A stretch of DNA of 64,000 nucleotides from Anthoceros angustus (lineage: Eukaryota; Plantae; Anthocerotophyta), in the NCBI GenBank assembly GCA_010909165.1, contig VJWM01000019.1, forward strand, positions 1,635,776 through 1,699,775, written 5' to 3'. Positions 23,700-37,000 of the stretch are shown here, piece after piece; positions within the stretch are counted from its first letter, which is position 1; every line of letters begins with the position of its first letter. The translations under genes and the position numbers were made by a program. The notes beneath the pieces were generated by a model that was given only the letters and a program-made list of their open reading frames with translations, had not been told where the DNA came from and did not search any database.

Positions 23700-24770
23700 C
23701 CCGCCTGTTGGTTCCAAAAGGGCTGTTGAGGAACCATGTTGAAGGCATGACACGTGCCCTGCTGCTTACGTATAGTGATGAGGATGCATCCGATGCCGAG
23801 CGCATGAAAGGGCCGTTGCTCGATCTCGATGGTGATCCACACACAGGCATACAACCTTGTTCATGATCCTCGTCGAAACGGTGGTCATTTAGGGCTTCTT
23901 CGTTTTCTTCTTTCTCTCTTTCACGTCTTTGGATTGGAACATCGTTCTCCATCTCTTTGCCTTCAAGGTCTGTTTCGATCTTGTGGTTTTCGATGGAGTG
24001 AGTTTATCCCTTGTCTTGAAAAACAAGAACCTGCTGTTTCCTTTTTGTCCTCTTCTTGTATCAGACTGTGAGAAGTTGGGCGGAAATTCACACTTTCAGC
24101 TTGCACTAAAGCACGAATCTATCAGTCCTATGTGAAACACCTCGAGCGAGCCATGGAAGTTTGTGAGCTTGTCAAAGTGCCTCATCCAACGGCCCAGTTC
24201 TGCCTTCTCACATGTGTCGCAATGAGTGGACATACCCGGCCAGATTTGTGCTTTACTGCATGCTGAAAGTGCGAATTTCAACCCAACTTCCCACAAACTG
24301 ATAGAAGAAGAGAAGAAGAGAAAAAGTGAAAAAGATAAAAAGAGAAAGGAGGTCCTTGTTCATCATACTCCACTGAAACGTCTTAAGGGCTTCTTCAAGC
24401 CTTTCTTCTCTTCCTTTAAGTCTTTGGATCTGGAACCTACAGTAGTTCCGAATCTCTTTGCCTTCATGATCTGTTTCGATTTTGTATTTCTTGATGGAGC
24501 GAGTTCATTCCATTGTCTGCAAAACAAGGACCTCCTTTCTCTTTTCCTCTTCTTCTATCAGTTTGTGGGAAGAGTCGGACTTTCAGCGTGCAGTAAAGCA
24601 CAAATCTGTTAGTCTATGTGAGACAACTGTTGCGTTTATCGAGCCAGCCATGGAAGTTGCGCGCATATCAAAGTGCCTCATCCAAGTGACCAGTTATGGC
24701 TTCTCACATGTGTGGCAGTATGTGGTCCATGGTACGAGCTAGTCTGGGTGACTGTACAGGTTGACAGCGC
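23700..24770. repeat. Duplicated downstream region of the CCD tandem unit (paralogous to ~27300-27780), itself containing an internal diverged duplication
   Basis: Shared blocks TCTCTTTGCCTTCA and CAAAGTGCCTCATCCAA near 23950/24170, 24450/24670 and 27540/27655. Confidence 0.75.
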
Positions 24771-24772
24771 TT

Positions 24773-26879
24773 TCAGGCAATGGACTTCAAGCATTCTGTG
24801 TTGTGGGGCATGCTCCTCCAACGTCCCTCCGGCTCGTCCTCATAAAAATACGTGCCGTGATAACCGTATGGAACTCGCTGCGGAAGTTGCAGCTTTGCCA
24901 CAGGCTCTCCGCTGAAGTCCTGCGCATCTATGATGTACAAATACAACACACCAACGCACAACCCCTTACCTTGTGTGGACACGAACACCACATGGAATTG
25001 TGCTGACTTGACTACCAATTTCAAAGCACAAGGATTGGGTGGCGATGGGATGGAGCAAAAGGTCGGTCTTTCGTAGGAGATTCCTGCTTCCTCGTCGTGC
25101 ACATAGGCAACCACCCATCCGTCATCCTCGTCCTGGGAATTGGGCCTTGACACAAAGGATGGTTCTGACACTCCCCAGCCGGTTCCCAGGTCGTGAAACT
25201 CTTACCTTCAACTCCTACAGGCAACAAGTGCTCAGCAGATTAAGAGCTTAATTGGAGCTCAATGTTACCACAGCTGGCTGCTGTGCGAAACTCCGATATG
25301 CAGCGAACCGCCTTTGCAGGTTGTGGGAGTGTCAGCTTGGCCCAACCTTTCATAGGGGGGACACCTGCAAGATCACGCACGTACAGCTGTAACACTTGCC
25401 AGGGACAAGAACTGGATGGAGGATCGTGTATGCTTGATTGTGGCAAGAGCATACCAGTAGATTCCCTCGCCTCTGCCACATTGTACTGAGTCATGTAGCC
25501 GTATTTGTTGTTGACACCGGTGTGAGAACGGTTTATAGTCGGAAATTCCCCACAGAAGCTGTATCCCGAGAGATCACGCTCCGAAACATCACCTGTGCCC
25601 AGAAAAGGGTTGCCGTTACAAAGGGCTGCTGGGCCTGGCTTCGTGTTGTGATGTTCAGGAAAGGTACCTGTGACCATATCAAAGCGCAACTCGTGGACAT
25701 ACCCGGCCAGGGCTCCGTCATTGGCAGGGTCTGGTGCATGTTTAGGATCCATATTCTGCAGACCCCGAGCCCACCACTCCTTCCGATCTGCTGGATTTGG
25801 CAAAGGGATGACGGATCTTCTTGACCGGACCCCAATCACTACAACCTACCGCATGATTCACATGATTGAATCAGCTCACTTTCAAGAGAATCCAAAATAC
25901 ATGTCCACAATGCAATAGATTCTTCCAGGCTGGTGAAACAAGTCCTCACCTCGTCCCCCTCCTCGAAGGAATTCACCTTGTGCAGAGTGGCTTGTCTCTA
26001 CAGGGTTCCACTTTGTAGACTGGCTGTCACCATAGCGGGGGAGTATCCCAACTCGGGATCTGTAATGCTCTTCAAACTCCAGCAGGCTGTTATCCAGCAG
26101 CATAGCAGGTTCAATTACGTATACGAGCAGGCACGAAGGGATTGAGTGCGCCAGCGGCTGCTGTAGATGCTCACCTTTCTCCTCTGCAAAGGAAACACCA
26201 TCACTGTCACTGAGCTTGCAACTTCCGGCATCGTCCCTCGCCAATAAAATGAGCATACCGTCTTGTGATGGCAAGTTCGTTGCACAAGCCGCAGTGGTCC
26301 AGCTCCAAGTCGATCTTATGAGCCAGCCTTTCACCATCAGCTGCACATCCCAATGCTATCCATAGGTTTCAATCTCTGCAATTGTGCTTGAATGACAAGG
26401 AGAGCGGGAGCATGTCAAAGATGACCAGGTCGTTCGTTTCTGGGTCACGCTGGAACATATCTACGACAGTTTGCTACCTCTTGTCTGATATGTCCAGGCT
26501 AGGGAAGTAAGCTCTCGGTGGAATTTATGACTAGGAGGCAGATGTCTTACCACAGGGTGAGCACTGAAGGGACGGTTCCATTGGCCGTTACAGCCATCCC
26601 AGGCAGCGATGGTGGTCAGGTCTGACATCCCTGTCCGGCCCAGCAGCTGCTCGGCAGCGTACATCCGCTCGTCGCGCTTCCCGCAGTGAGAGGTCCAGGC
26701 GTGAATCAACATTTTTTTGCACGACTGCCCGCAACAGAAATGGATCCAATGGCGCCAAACCCACAAACCGTTTTGAGAGGCGGACGCCAGGACTGCCTGT
26801 TGAAGCTGGATTCGGTCGGAGAAGTTGGACATGTCCCAGCGCCGGGAAGCATCCGTGCAAGGTGTGGAGCCGAAGCCAT
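24773..26879 (-). pseudogene. CCD: CCD-like carotenoid cleavage dioxygenase, tandem copy 1, internally deleted
   Basis: Colinear with copy 2 but lacks ~986 bp (N-terminal catalytic exons); second Fe-ligand His is Asn (CNEL vs CHEL); C-terminal EDDGW and LPQRVPYGYHG retained. Confidence 0.85.
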
Positions 26880-27829
26880 GGCGTTGGTGATGGAAGAAAG
26901 GGCACTTTGAGAGGAGGAAGAGCGCAGTCGCAGTGAGCCAACTCGGTGCCGTGCTCCTGCTGCTTGGGGAGGTTGAGCAGAAATGGCTGGATTTGCTGGC
27001 TCTACATCTTGTGCAGTTCGAGACCCGGTTAAACTCCCTTTCTATTTCCTGGCCATGGATCCAGGATTTTCATCCAATTGGTGCATTGAACCCTCGGGGC
27101 CTTCGCCCATCGTCTGGCGTCAAAGCGACTGCCGGCCCCGGGCAGGGATTGGTTAGGTTGGCGGTTGCTGTCTCTTGCGAAGCCAAAGACTTTCTTGTGA
27201 GCAGGTCGAGTCAGTCTATTATGGTTGCGGTGCTGGTGATGGACAGGTGAGATAGCTTAGGGAGATGATAGCCCTAGACTCTCCTGGAAGGATGTTGGAT
27301 CCAGAAGTGCTGCTGAGGAACCATGTTCCAGACATGACAAGAGAACTGCTGCTTGGGCGTGCTGATGAGGAGGCATGCAATGCCGGACACATGAAAGGTC
27401 CATTGGTGGTGAATGGTCATTTCTATCTACAGTATAAACTTGTTCATGATACTCTACTGAAACCTTCAAAGGGCTTCTTCAGCTTCTCCTTTCTTCCTTC
27501 TTCCTTTCAAGTCTTAGGATCTGGAACCTGGTTCTGCATCTCTTTGCCTTCAGGATTTGCTTCGATTTTGTATTTCTTGATGGAGCAAGTTCATCCGTTG
27601 TCTTAAACTCAAGGACCTTCTATCAAGGTAGCCATAACTGTGGCGAGCAAGTCAAAGTGCCTCATCCAAGCGCCCAATGATGCCCTCTCTCACAGGTGTG
27701 GCAGCATGTGGTCCATGGTACGAGCTAGTCTACAATGGTTGACAGTGCATTCAGCCAATGCACTTTGAAACCCTACTTGCAGTCTGTGTTGTGGGGCATG
27801 CTCCTCCATAGTCCGTCAAGCAGCTCTGC

Positions 27830-30800
27830 TTAGTGGGAAGTCTTGGTTCTGGCGAGCACGTGCTCCGGCTCCTCCTCATAAAAATACGTGCCATGATAAC
27901 CATATGGAACTCGCTGCGGAAGTTGCAGCTTTGCCGCAGGCTCTCCGCTGAAGTTCTGTGCATCTATGATGTACAACTGCAACACATCCACGCCACTTTT
28001 CTTGTGAGGACACGAACACCACATGACCTTGTGCTGAGTCCTGAATACATACTAATTTCAAAGCACAAGGTTGGGTGGGATGGGACGGAGCAAAAGGCCG
28101 GTCTTACGTAGGAGATTCCTGCTTCCTCGTTGTGAACATAGGCAACCACCCATCCGTCATCCTCGTCCTGGGAATTGGGCCTTGCCACAAAGGATGGTTC
28201 TGACACTCCCCAGCCGGTTCCCTGGTCATGAAACTCCACCTTCAACTCCTGAAGGCAACAAGTGCTCAGCAGATTACATAGTCAGTTGGAGCATCAATGC
28301 TACTACAACTGGCTGTTTAAACATTCCGAAATGCAGCGAACATCCTTTGCAGATTGTGGGAATGTCAGCTTGGCCCAACCTTTCATAGGGGGAACACCTG
28401 CAAGATCACGCACGTACAGCTGTAACAATCGCCAGGGATAATTAAGAACTGGATGGAGAACAGTGTATGGTCAATAGTGGGCAGTGCATACTATGTAGTA
28501 TATTCCCTCGCCTTTTCCGTGTTGGACAGAGTCATGTAGCCGTATTTGTTCTTGATACCGGTGTAAGAACGGTTTATGGTTGGACATTCCCCAGAGATGG
28601 TGTATCTCGAAAGATCACGCTCCGAAACATCACCTGTGCCCAGAAAAGGGTTGCCCTTGAACGATACCATTTACAAAGGGCTGCTGGGCCTAGCTTCGTG
28701 TTGTGATGTTGAGGAAAGGTGCCTGTAACCATATTAAAGCGCCACTCGTGGACATACCCGGCCAGGGATCCGTCCATGGCAGGATCCGGTGCATGTTTAG
28801 GATCCACATTCTGCAGACCCCGAGCCCACCACTCCTTTCGATCTACTTCGTTTGGCAAAGGAATGATGGGTCTTCTTGACCGGATCCCAATCACTACAAC
28901 CTACCCCATGATTCACATGATTATGGCGTCAATCGATATCAGCTCGGTTTCAGGAGAATCCACAATGCATGGCCAGAATGGAATCGATTCTTCCAGACTG
29001 GTGAAACAAGTCCTCACCTCGTCACCATCCTCGAAGGAATTCACCTTGTGCCACGAGTGGCCTGGCTCTACAGGAAACCACTTTGTAGACTTGCTGTCAC
29101 CATAGCGAGGGAGTATCCCAACTCGGCATGCGTAATTCTCTTCAAATTCCACCAGGCTGCGATCCAGCAGCCGAGCAGGTTCAGAGCAGGCACGGAGGGT
29201 TTGGGTGCGCCAGGCGGTTGCTGTCGATGCTCACCTTCCTCCTCTCAAGAGGCGACACACGTTGATGACGAGAGGAAAGTCGAAGAAGATAGTATAGCTG
29301 CAAGAGGAAACACCACCACTGTCACTCCGCATTGAGCTTGCAACTTCCGGCATCGTCTCGCGCACGAATGGAATGAACAGACCGTCTTATGATGGCAAGC
29401 TCGTGGCAAAAGACACAGCGGTCCAGCTCCAAGTCGATTTTATATACTAGCCTGTCACCATCAGCTGCACATCCCAGTGCCATCCATAGTTTCAAGTCTT
29501 CGTAACTGTATTTGGGTCCCAAGGGGAGCAGGAGCATGCCAAACACGTAGTTCTCACCAGACCAGACTGCAAGCTGGCAATAGGGCTTGCTGGGGTTGAA
29601 GCCAAAGATGACCAGCTCCTTCGTTTCTGGGTCACGCTGAACACATTTGTAACCACAATCACCTAAGCATTGTCTGACGTAATATTTCCAGGGACGAGAG
29701 CTCTGGGTGGAATTCATGACTGGCACGCAGGTGCTTTACCTGGGGGTGAGACGTGACGCGACGGGTCCATTGGCCGTTACAGCCATCCCAGGCAGCGATG
29801 GTGGTCAGGTCTGACAGATTGAACTCATGGGGAAGGTCGCCTTCAGCAATGGCGAAGTACCTTCCAGCGTGTTGGAACACATGAGTATTGCATGTGGGCT
29901 TGGTCACCCTGAAAAACCGCATCTACGTGGGGACACATTCAGAGTGAGCGCAGTTGCTGACTCAGTCTACAGGTGCATGATGGTGATGGTGGTGGTGAGG
30001 GATACCAGGTTGAAGAAATGGCTCAGGGCGATAGCCCCAGCATCCCCATGGAAGGACGTCAACCAAACGCGCCCTCCTCTCTCCTTTTCAAGCTCGTAGC
30101 ATTCCGTGCTAACATATCTGTTGAGGTAAGCAGCCGTTCCTCCCTCCTCGAAGTAGGTTGCGTGAAGCATCCCATCAGCCTCAAATGGGTGGTACTCCAG
30201 TAATCCGAAGGGGCTACTCATGCCGTTCCCTCCAAACTGAGGATTGGGACCTGCACAGCCAGCTCCACGCTGCTCCATTCAAACCCCCTCCCATTCCCGA
30301 CAGTGACAGACCGTCTTCAGACCCACCCCTCTTCGGGTCAGAGAAATTTGCACATGACTGGTGAACACGTTCCCAGGCCACTCACCATTCCTAACGTACA
30401 CTCCAGGTGGGAAGTCTGTCGGAATGGCCCCAGACACCACCCGCACCGCCGTCTTCTTCCCAATCTCCGCCACAGGAGCCCAATTCCCCTGCAGACACGG
30501 ATTTCAGTATTGTTCTCTTTCCAGTGTCAGAGACGTGCAGAACCTGCAACTGCCAAAGAATGGGCACCGGATTCCCAATCTGAACAGACTAGTCATGCAC
30601 TACTACCACCCACCGCGAAATGATTGACAGAGAACTGTGCTTCTTTGAACAGCGAGTGCGCCACTTGAGTCAGAACCCGCTCCTGACGCCGTTGGCAATT
30701 CTTCCAATCCTCTGCAACAAATTCACCTGTTTCTGAACAGGCTTCACAAAGCTGGGCTCGGAAGCTCCCTCAACAACAGCCTGACGGCGCGAATCATGGA

Positions 30801-31087
30801 CATCCCGCCAAGCAGCTGGCTCCTCTATCTCAAGTACTCGGCAGCGTACATCCGCTCCTCGCGCTTCCTGCAGTGACACGTCCAGGCTTGAATCAAATTT
30901 GATCTTCGCAACACTGCCCGCAACCGAAATGAATATGGTACTGATCGAATCGCGCCAAACCCACAAACCGTTTGAGAGGCGGACACCAGGACTGCCCCCT
31001 GAAGCTCAGCAGTGTGGAGTCGGTCGGAGAAGTTGGACATGTCCCACTTCCGGGGAGCCTCCGTGCAAGGTGCGGAGCAGAAGCCAT
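27830..31087 (-). CDS. CCD: CCD-like (CCD1-like/CCDL clade) carotenoid cleavage dioxygenase, tandem copy 2
   Basis: GNWAPVAE, FPPGVYVRNG|PNP, DGMLHATYF, YLNRYV, NTHVFQHAG, TSHP, CHEL, RVGILPRYGD, WHKVNSFEDG, EDDGWVVAYVH, LPQRVPYGYHG; all four Fe-binding His present; 5' exon structure not fully resolved and one donor is GC. Confidence 0.85.
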
Positions 31088-32039
31088 GGCCGATTCCAAC
31101 GTCAACGCAAGCGTGTCTCCCCGCGCACTCCTGGTGATGGAGAACAGCGTAATTTGAAGAGGAGGAGAGTGCAGCAATCTGATGAAGAGGAGGAGGCTGT
31201 GGCAGTCGCAGTCAGCCGACTGAGTGCCGTGCGCCTGCTGCTGTGGAGGTTGAGCAGGTTCCGGTTCTGCTGCATGGGCAGGTTGAGCAGATTCCTGTTC
31301 TGTGGATCCAGGATTTGCATGGAAGAAGAAGAAGTAGTCTCTTATAGTCGCTCGAACAGAATTGTTCCATCCTGTTTCAACTTGACCCATAGTGGACTTG
31401 CACCAAGGGCATCCACTAAACACCAACAGCTCTCAACAACCCATCGAAGTACCGATCTGAGAGCAGGATGCTTAACAGCGGCGTTCCTATACATGTGTGT
31501 CCATTTGGCCCAAGAAGGTTACCCACCAACTTCTCTGTTCCCACCAAGTATCTCATCGATTTTTAAGGTTACCGACTGGATCCTTGAGCTTGAGTACCGA
31601 GCAGCTCCACAAGTCTAACATTCTCCTTGGGAAGTTTGGGACCAAGGTGGGGCCAAACACAGTCTTGGGTGATACACCCAAACACGTAGGTCTCTGTTTT
31701 GTGGCGGGCCGGTGTGCTATGTGCTGAGTGCCCTGGCCCTCTAGTCTTTCGTTTTGATCTGTCCGGACCATGTGCCGGGCTCGTCGTCTATTTCTCATCT
31801 TCATAATGTTTTGAAAGGAAGCGCACTCGCAGTGATTAAGAATGCTGCAAAAGCCATGCCTGCACGCTGTTTGTGGCTTTGGATAGCAGCGTCTCAGGTC
31901 GCACGTTGAGGACCACCCCCCACCCAACGCTGGCGGGGGCATGGTGCCATCGCCTTACGCACGTTGCACATTATTGGCGATCAATGTAGGAGTCCCATGT
32001 GGAGCTGAATGACTGAAATTGAAAATGAATGGACTCTGT

Positions 32040-32255
32040 GGTTTTGCTTACATAACAATAAGGAAAGGTGTCCATGGTGTCCTTGCGTGAGGAGGCCATG
32101 TGAGGAGTGAGGAGGGATGTGGGGTTCATGGGGGGAGATGCTGGCGCCGCCGCCGCAGCAACAGTACTGCATGTACTCCGACATTTTTATGTCATGAAAG
32201 CTCACATGTTGTACACATGTGGCTTCGTCAAGTCTGAAATGCAGAATCTGAGGTG
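32040..32255 (+). pseudogene. Possible third, divergent CCD-like remnant
   Basis: Reads LREEAM*GVRRDVGFMGGDAGAAAAATVLHVLRHFYVMK, versus copy 2 YELEKERGGRVWLTSFHGDAGAIALSHFFNL|MRFFRVTK. Confidence 0.4.
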
Positions 32256-32532
32256 AGTCGGTGGAATGAGTGACTTACCTCCGCCAGGAACTGCTTTTCT
32301 CTATCCTGAGTTCTCTTCAACTATTTTTATATGCATCCTGGCTGTCTTCGAAATGCTTTCGCGCTACGTCTAAGAAATGTTGTGCCGCCTGCTCTTTTCT
32401 CGTGGATGGCTTGGTTGCAGGCAGGAACAGGCGAGGATGATGTGCATGCAGCAAAGAATGGACTGACATTTTTGGACGCATTCAGTGCATTGTAGCGGCG
32501 GCAAATGCCACAAGATGCAGGAACAAATGATA

Positions 32533-32900
32533 TTTTATTGAGGTGAACAGAAGGGGAGAGGAGGAATTGAGCTCCCTACCTAAAATCACCTACCGCACCC
32601 ACAATGTCATATGCAAGAAGAATAAACGGCCTGCAAACCACGGGACATAGGAAGGATGTCGCCGTCTTGTGGAGGATCGCTGTTGAGAATGCCCGTTGAA
32701 GGGCAATTGAAACCCGCTGTCGAAAGTATGCTGCGAAGTACGAGAGGGACAGCCCCGCCTCGTGCTTGCGAGCATGGTAAGCTTTGGCACAAGACTTGAC
32801 AAATTTAGTCCTCAGCCATTGCTCCATACGTTTCTAGTGCAAGCGGAATAAAGAGGTGGCCGCTTACATCCTGCTATATTTGCACACGTTGAGCAGCGGC
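32533..32900 (-). mobile_element. 5'-truncated 3' end of a CRE-like (restriction-like endonuclease) non-LTR retrotransposon
   Basis: GHLFIPLALETYGAM followed, after a frameshift, by SYFAAYFRQRVSIALQRAFSTAIL; AATAAA on the minus strand at ~32533-32538. Confidence 0.7.
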
Positions 32901-34064
32901 TCTCCAAGATATATGCAGGTAGTCATTCCACTTTTCCTGGCGCCTGTGACTACACATCCTTAGCATCACTTCGCATATTTAATTTGCTTTCTCCACATGA
33001 CCTTCAGTCTCTGGATGATAAGCGGATGTTTTTTAACCCTGACATGGCATCCTTGATGGCAGCATGCTCACACTGTATTTTGGGTATTTAAGTCTGGGGG
33101 AGTTGAGAGGTCCGCTTGACTGTGCCCTCTCTCTGCTGCCTTGGGTTTGAGATGTGGAATGTGATGTCTTATCTTCACTTGGACAGATGATTGTTACGAG
33201 TAATCCTACCTACTATTAAGGGAGACAACACCATAATATTTGAACCGGCGGAATATACATCAAGCGGCTTTATGCATGAATATACGCTGAACCGGGTTGT
33301 GGATGGTCACTAAATCGATGTTCATGTATGTAGTCGCGGATAATGTGTTCAAAATTATGGTCAAAATCACATTCTACTTCAAATTTACAAGGAGCTCCAG
33401 TAAAGGGTCGTGGGGACATTCCCTGTGGGGTTTGCAATGATTTAGCACCGACTTCACACTCCCTTTGTGCTGGGATCCGAAACCACAGTGTTACAATATA
33501 TTGTCTTATATCAAGGGAATGGAAGCCACTTTTGCATCCGGGTTCACATTTACGGTGGCAAGGTATGGAAAATGTGCGGTTCCTCTATGGTAGAAAGGTG
33601 AGTAACGCAGAACGCGATGGGCGCATGCCGCGCCATCGCACACCTTGGGCCCTTAGCCATTCCACAGCACCAAACAGTTCAACATGGCCTTTTGATATCC
33701 GTGTGAGCGGAAAAATCTCTGTAGTGTACCATGTTCTTGTGAACCCTCAACAAAACCACAATTTGGCATATCGGCTCGGAAAGGGCTGCCAAGTTTCACG
33801 GAAACATTGGGTTGGCGCCACCATTAAACGAATCCCACTAACAGAGCCATGGCAGCCCGGTGACAATGGAAGGGGCCACTAGGAATAGACGACAAAATGT
33901 GGTGCGGAAGGAGTGCGGCATGCCATCGCAAAGGGTGTTACAAAGGGTTGCGCCATAAGTTCTTAGGAGCGGACCATGATCGGAATATATTTTGCCGTTG
34001 CTTATTCACTCCTCACCGACTCGAGACCGTCGGGTTCTCCATGCCCAAGACACCGTCATCCCCA

Positions 34065-37000
34065 TCATCCTCGTCCACCCGAGGGAGTGCAGGTTGAAGA
34101 TGGGGACGGAGGGCACTTAACTTCTCTTTGATAGCTTTTTATCCACAGCATGATGTTTCCTAGAAGTGAGATTGAACCCATAGTACAATGACTCTTATGG
34201 ACAAACAACTTCAATGTTGGGAGGCTTCCATGCTTTTGCACCTTTGTTGGTAGGAGGTAGTTCTCTGTCCTCCGGGTCCTAACAAAGTATTCTCCCCATA
34301 CTTGCCCTCGTATGCATCTGTGCTCGGTTCGCCACCTGCACCAGAAGTAGGGGTCATCGGTCATGTGCACACTCAAGACCTTTGCAACCCAGAATGCCTG
34401 TGAGTGTCTCACAAGGTGACAATAAACATACCTTTTTATCTCCATGATGTCACCATTCATCCGCTCGACCTCTTGTTCCCGTCTTTCCACACTCGTAAGC
34501 TCCCAAGTACATGTCCGTTGGAGGCACGCCTCGCAATAAGGCTTGTCCAATATAGCCTCCTCCGAACTGCAGTGGTACAAGTGCATCTGCTGCAGATCTG
34601 TCATACCACTTCCTGTCTTTTCGCATACAAAGGCCGATGTTATTGTCCACAATAGTTGCGATCTCCTCTTGATCCTCCAGTCACTCCACCACTCCTCCTC
34701 ACCGTTAGATATGTGTTGGCTTTTGCAAACCCTTTCTTAAGTGGTCTACTCCATCCGTCGAGCTTCCATCAACGCCTTTCTTGTCCTTGGCCTCAGAGCT
34801 AGCAGGTTGTAGGTCCAATCTCGATTTGGAATAAAAGACAAGAACTCCATCTTCTTGCTTCCCATAACGGTGAGGTCGAATCTTTTACTCCGAATAGCAG
34901 TTACTTTACCCCTGCGACTTTTCCTCCCGCGTGATTTTGAACCGGTGTTGGTATGATAGATTGTTTAGCTTGCGAACCGCAGCTTTAAACTTTAGCACTT
35001 TCCTTTTTCAAAGGCCGAGACGAACGGAAGTGGAACCTCGGTCGACCTTCACTGGTTTGGCGTGAAAGCCTTGCTCAATATATCCCGCATGACGGAAGAG
35101 TTTTGCCTCTTTGTGCTTCAAATGTTTGGAAAACACGAGAACATTTGGTCCACTGGTCATGTGTGTGACCTACAAGAAGAAAGCCCACCTTCACTTTTTC
35201 AAAGTCCCCACTCCACGAGCATATTCGGATAAGCAAAGCGATTGATTCTTGTTCTCCGACATGTGTTGTCCAGTTGCAAATATAGAACCTTGGGAAGTAA
35301 GCCAACATATGTATGTATCACATCTTGGATAATGCATATGGTTAAATTAGCATCATTCCGCAAATTTGCGTAGTGCAGATACGCCCTGGACTTGAACGTG
35401 TGATTGTGGATCATACACCCCACCACATGGACAGTAACACGGCAGTCTTCCTTTAGCTCCTTAGGCCATCTAAGTATATGCGGTAAGGATGTTTTTTTCT
35501 GATCCATGCCATCGATACATAACAACATGTACTTGTGAGGCTCGGTGTATCCTTTCGTTCGATGTTTTGTCAACTTCTTCCGCTCCTCCATAAGCTTTAT
35601 GCGATGTTTGTTCAACGCGTCCCGATATATATCGCCTTCAACCAAACATGTCGTGTCCATCCATGAAATATAACGTCATCGCTAACGGGACCAACCAACG
35701 GAGTTCGACATAACCCGTAGGGGCAAGGGGCAATAGCATGATGGCAACCCTCGGAAGGGTCATGCCCCAACAACCTAGGGATCCACCGTTGTATGGCCCA
35801 GCGGTCCTATCCCATCGTAAGGCGGGCGCCCGCCCCTCCCTACCGCCTCAATTAGGGATGTGGCATCGCGCCTCCCAAGCTCCTTTAGGGTTTAGGGTTC
35901 GCATGTTGCCGCCTCCTCTCCCCATTGCACCCCTCACCCATGAGGGGCATCTGCTCCTCCTCCCACAACACATGAGGGCGCATGCCGCGTCCAACCCGGC
36001 CCCGCCCCCGGGTGCAATGTGGCATGCGCCTTCCCTACCTCCTTTAGGGTTTAGGTCCCCGGCATGCCGCGCCTCCTCCTCTCCCCACTCGGCGTTCACC
36101 GCCTTCATCTGCGGGGCCGAACCGGTTGTGCCTCGACCAAGGTTCAACCTCCACCATCACAACGCCCACCGTTAGATATCGGATGGCCTCACTTCTAACC
36201 TTTCACCCTGTTTATACCATGCCGAAAAAGCGGTGTGGAGCGATGAGCTTACCTTGATCCGTCTGCGATCCAAAGGTTCAATGTTGAACTTTAGACCGCA
36301 AAGAGAACATGTTGAAAACCGATTGGATTTGGGTATCTTCACGCTTGAAGTTCTCGCTCCCATAGTCTCGTAAAGTAAGCATACGAAATATCTGGCCCTT
36401 TTGCTCCATGCCACATTTGTATTGTGTCCACACTTCTAGTTTGGTGAAAGTGTCGAAGATTGTAGACTTCAACATTAGGCGGCGCTCGCCACCGCCGCCT
36501 TCATCCGCAGAAAACCGCACCCGACCAAGGTTCAACCTCCACCACAACGCCCACCGTTAGATATCGGATGGCCTGCCACTTCTAACCTTTCACCTTTATA
36601 CCATGCCGAAAAACGGTGTGGAGCGATGAGCTTACCTTGATCCGTCTGCGATCCAAAGGTTCAATGTTGAACTTTAGACCGCAAAGAGAACATGTTGAAA
36701 ACCGATTGATTTGGGTATCTTCACGCGCTTGAAGTTCTCGCTCCCATAGTCTCGTAAAGTAAGCATACGAAATATACTGCAATTTTTGCTCCATGCCACA
36801 TTTGTATTGTGTCCACACTTCTAGTTTGGTGAAAGTGTCGAAGATTGTAGACTTCAACATTAGGCGCCGCCCGCTAATTGCGTAAATGTTGCATCCATCC
36901 ATGCAATAGCGCCCAATGCATGAGAGGATTTCACCCGGGCTTGGCTTGCTACAATCCCATGGTGAATTCAACGGACTCGCCTTCACCTCCTCGTACCTTT

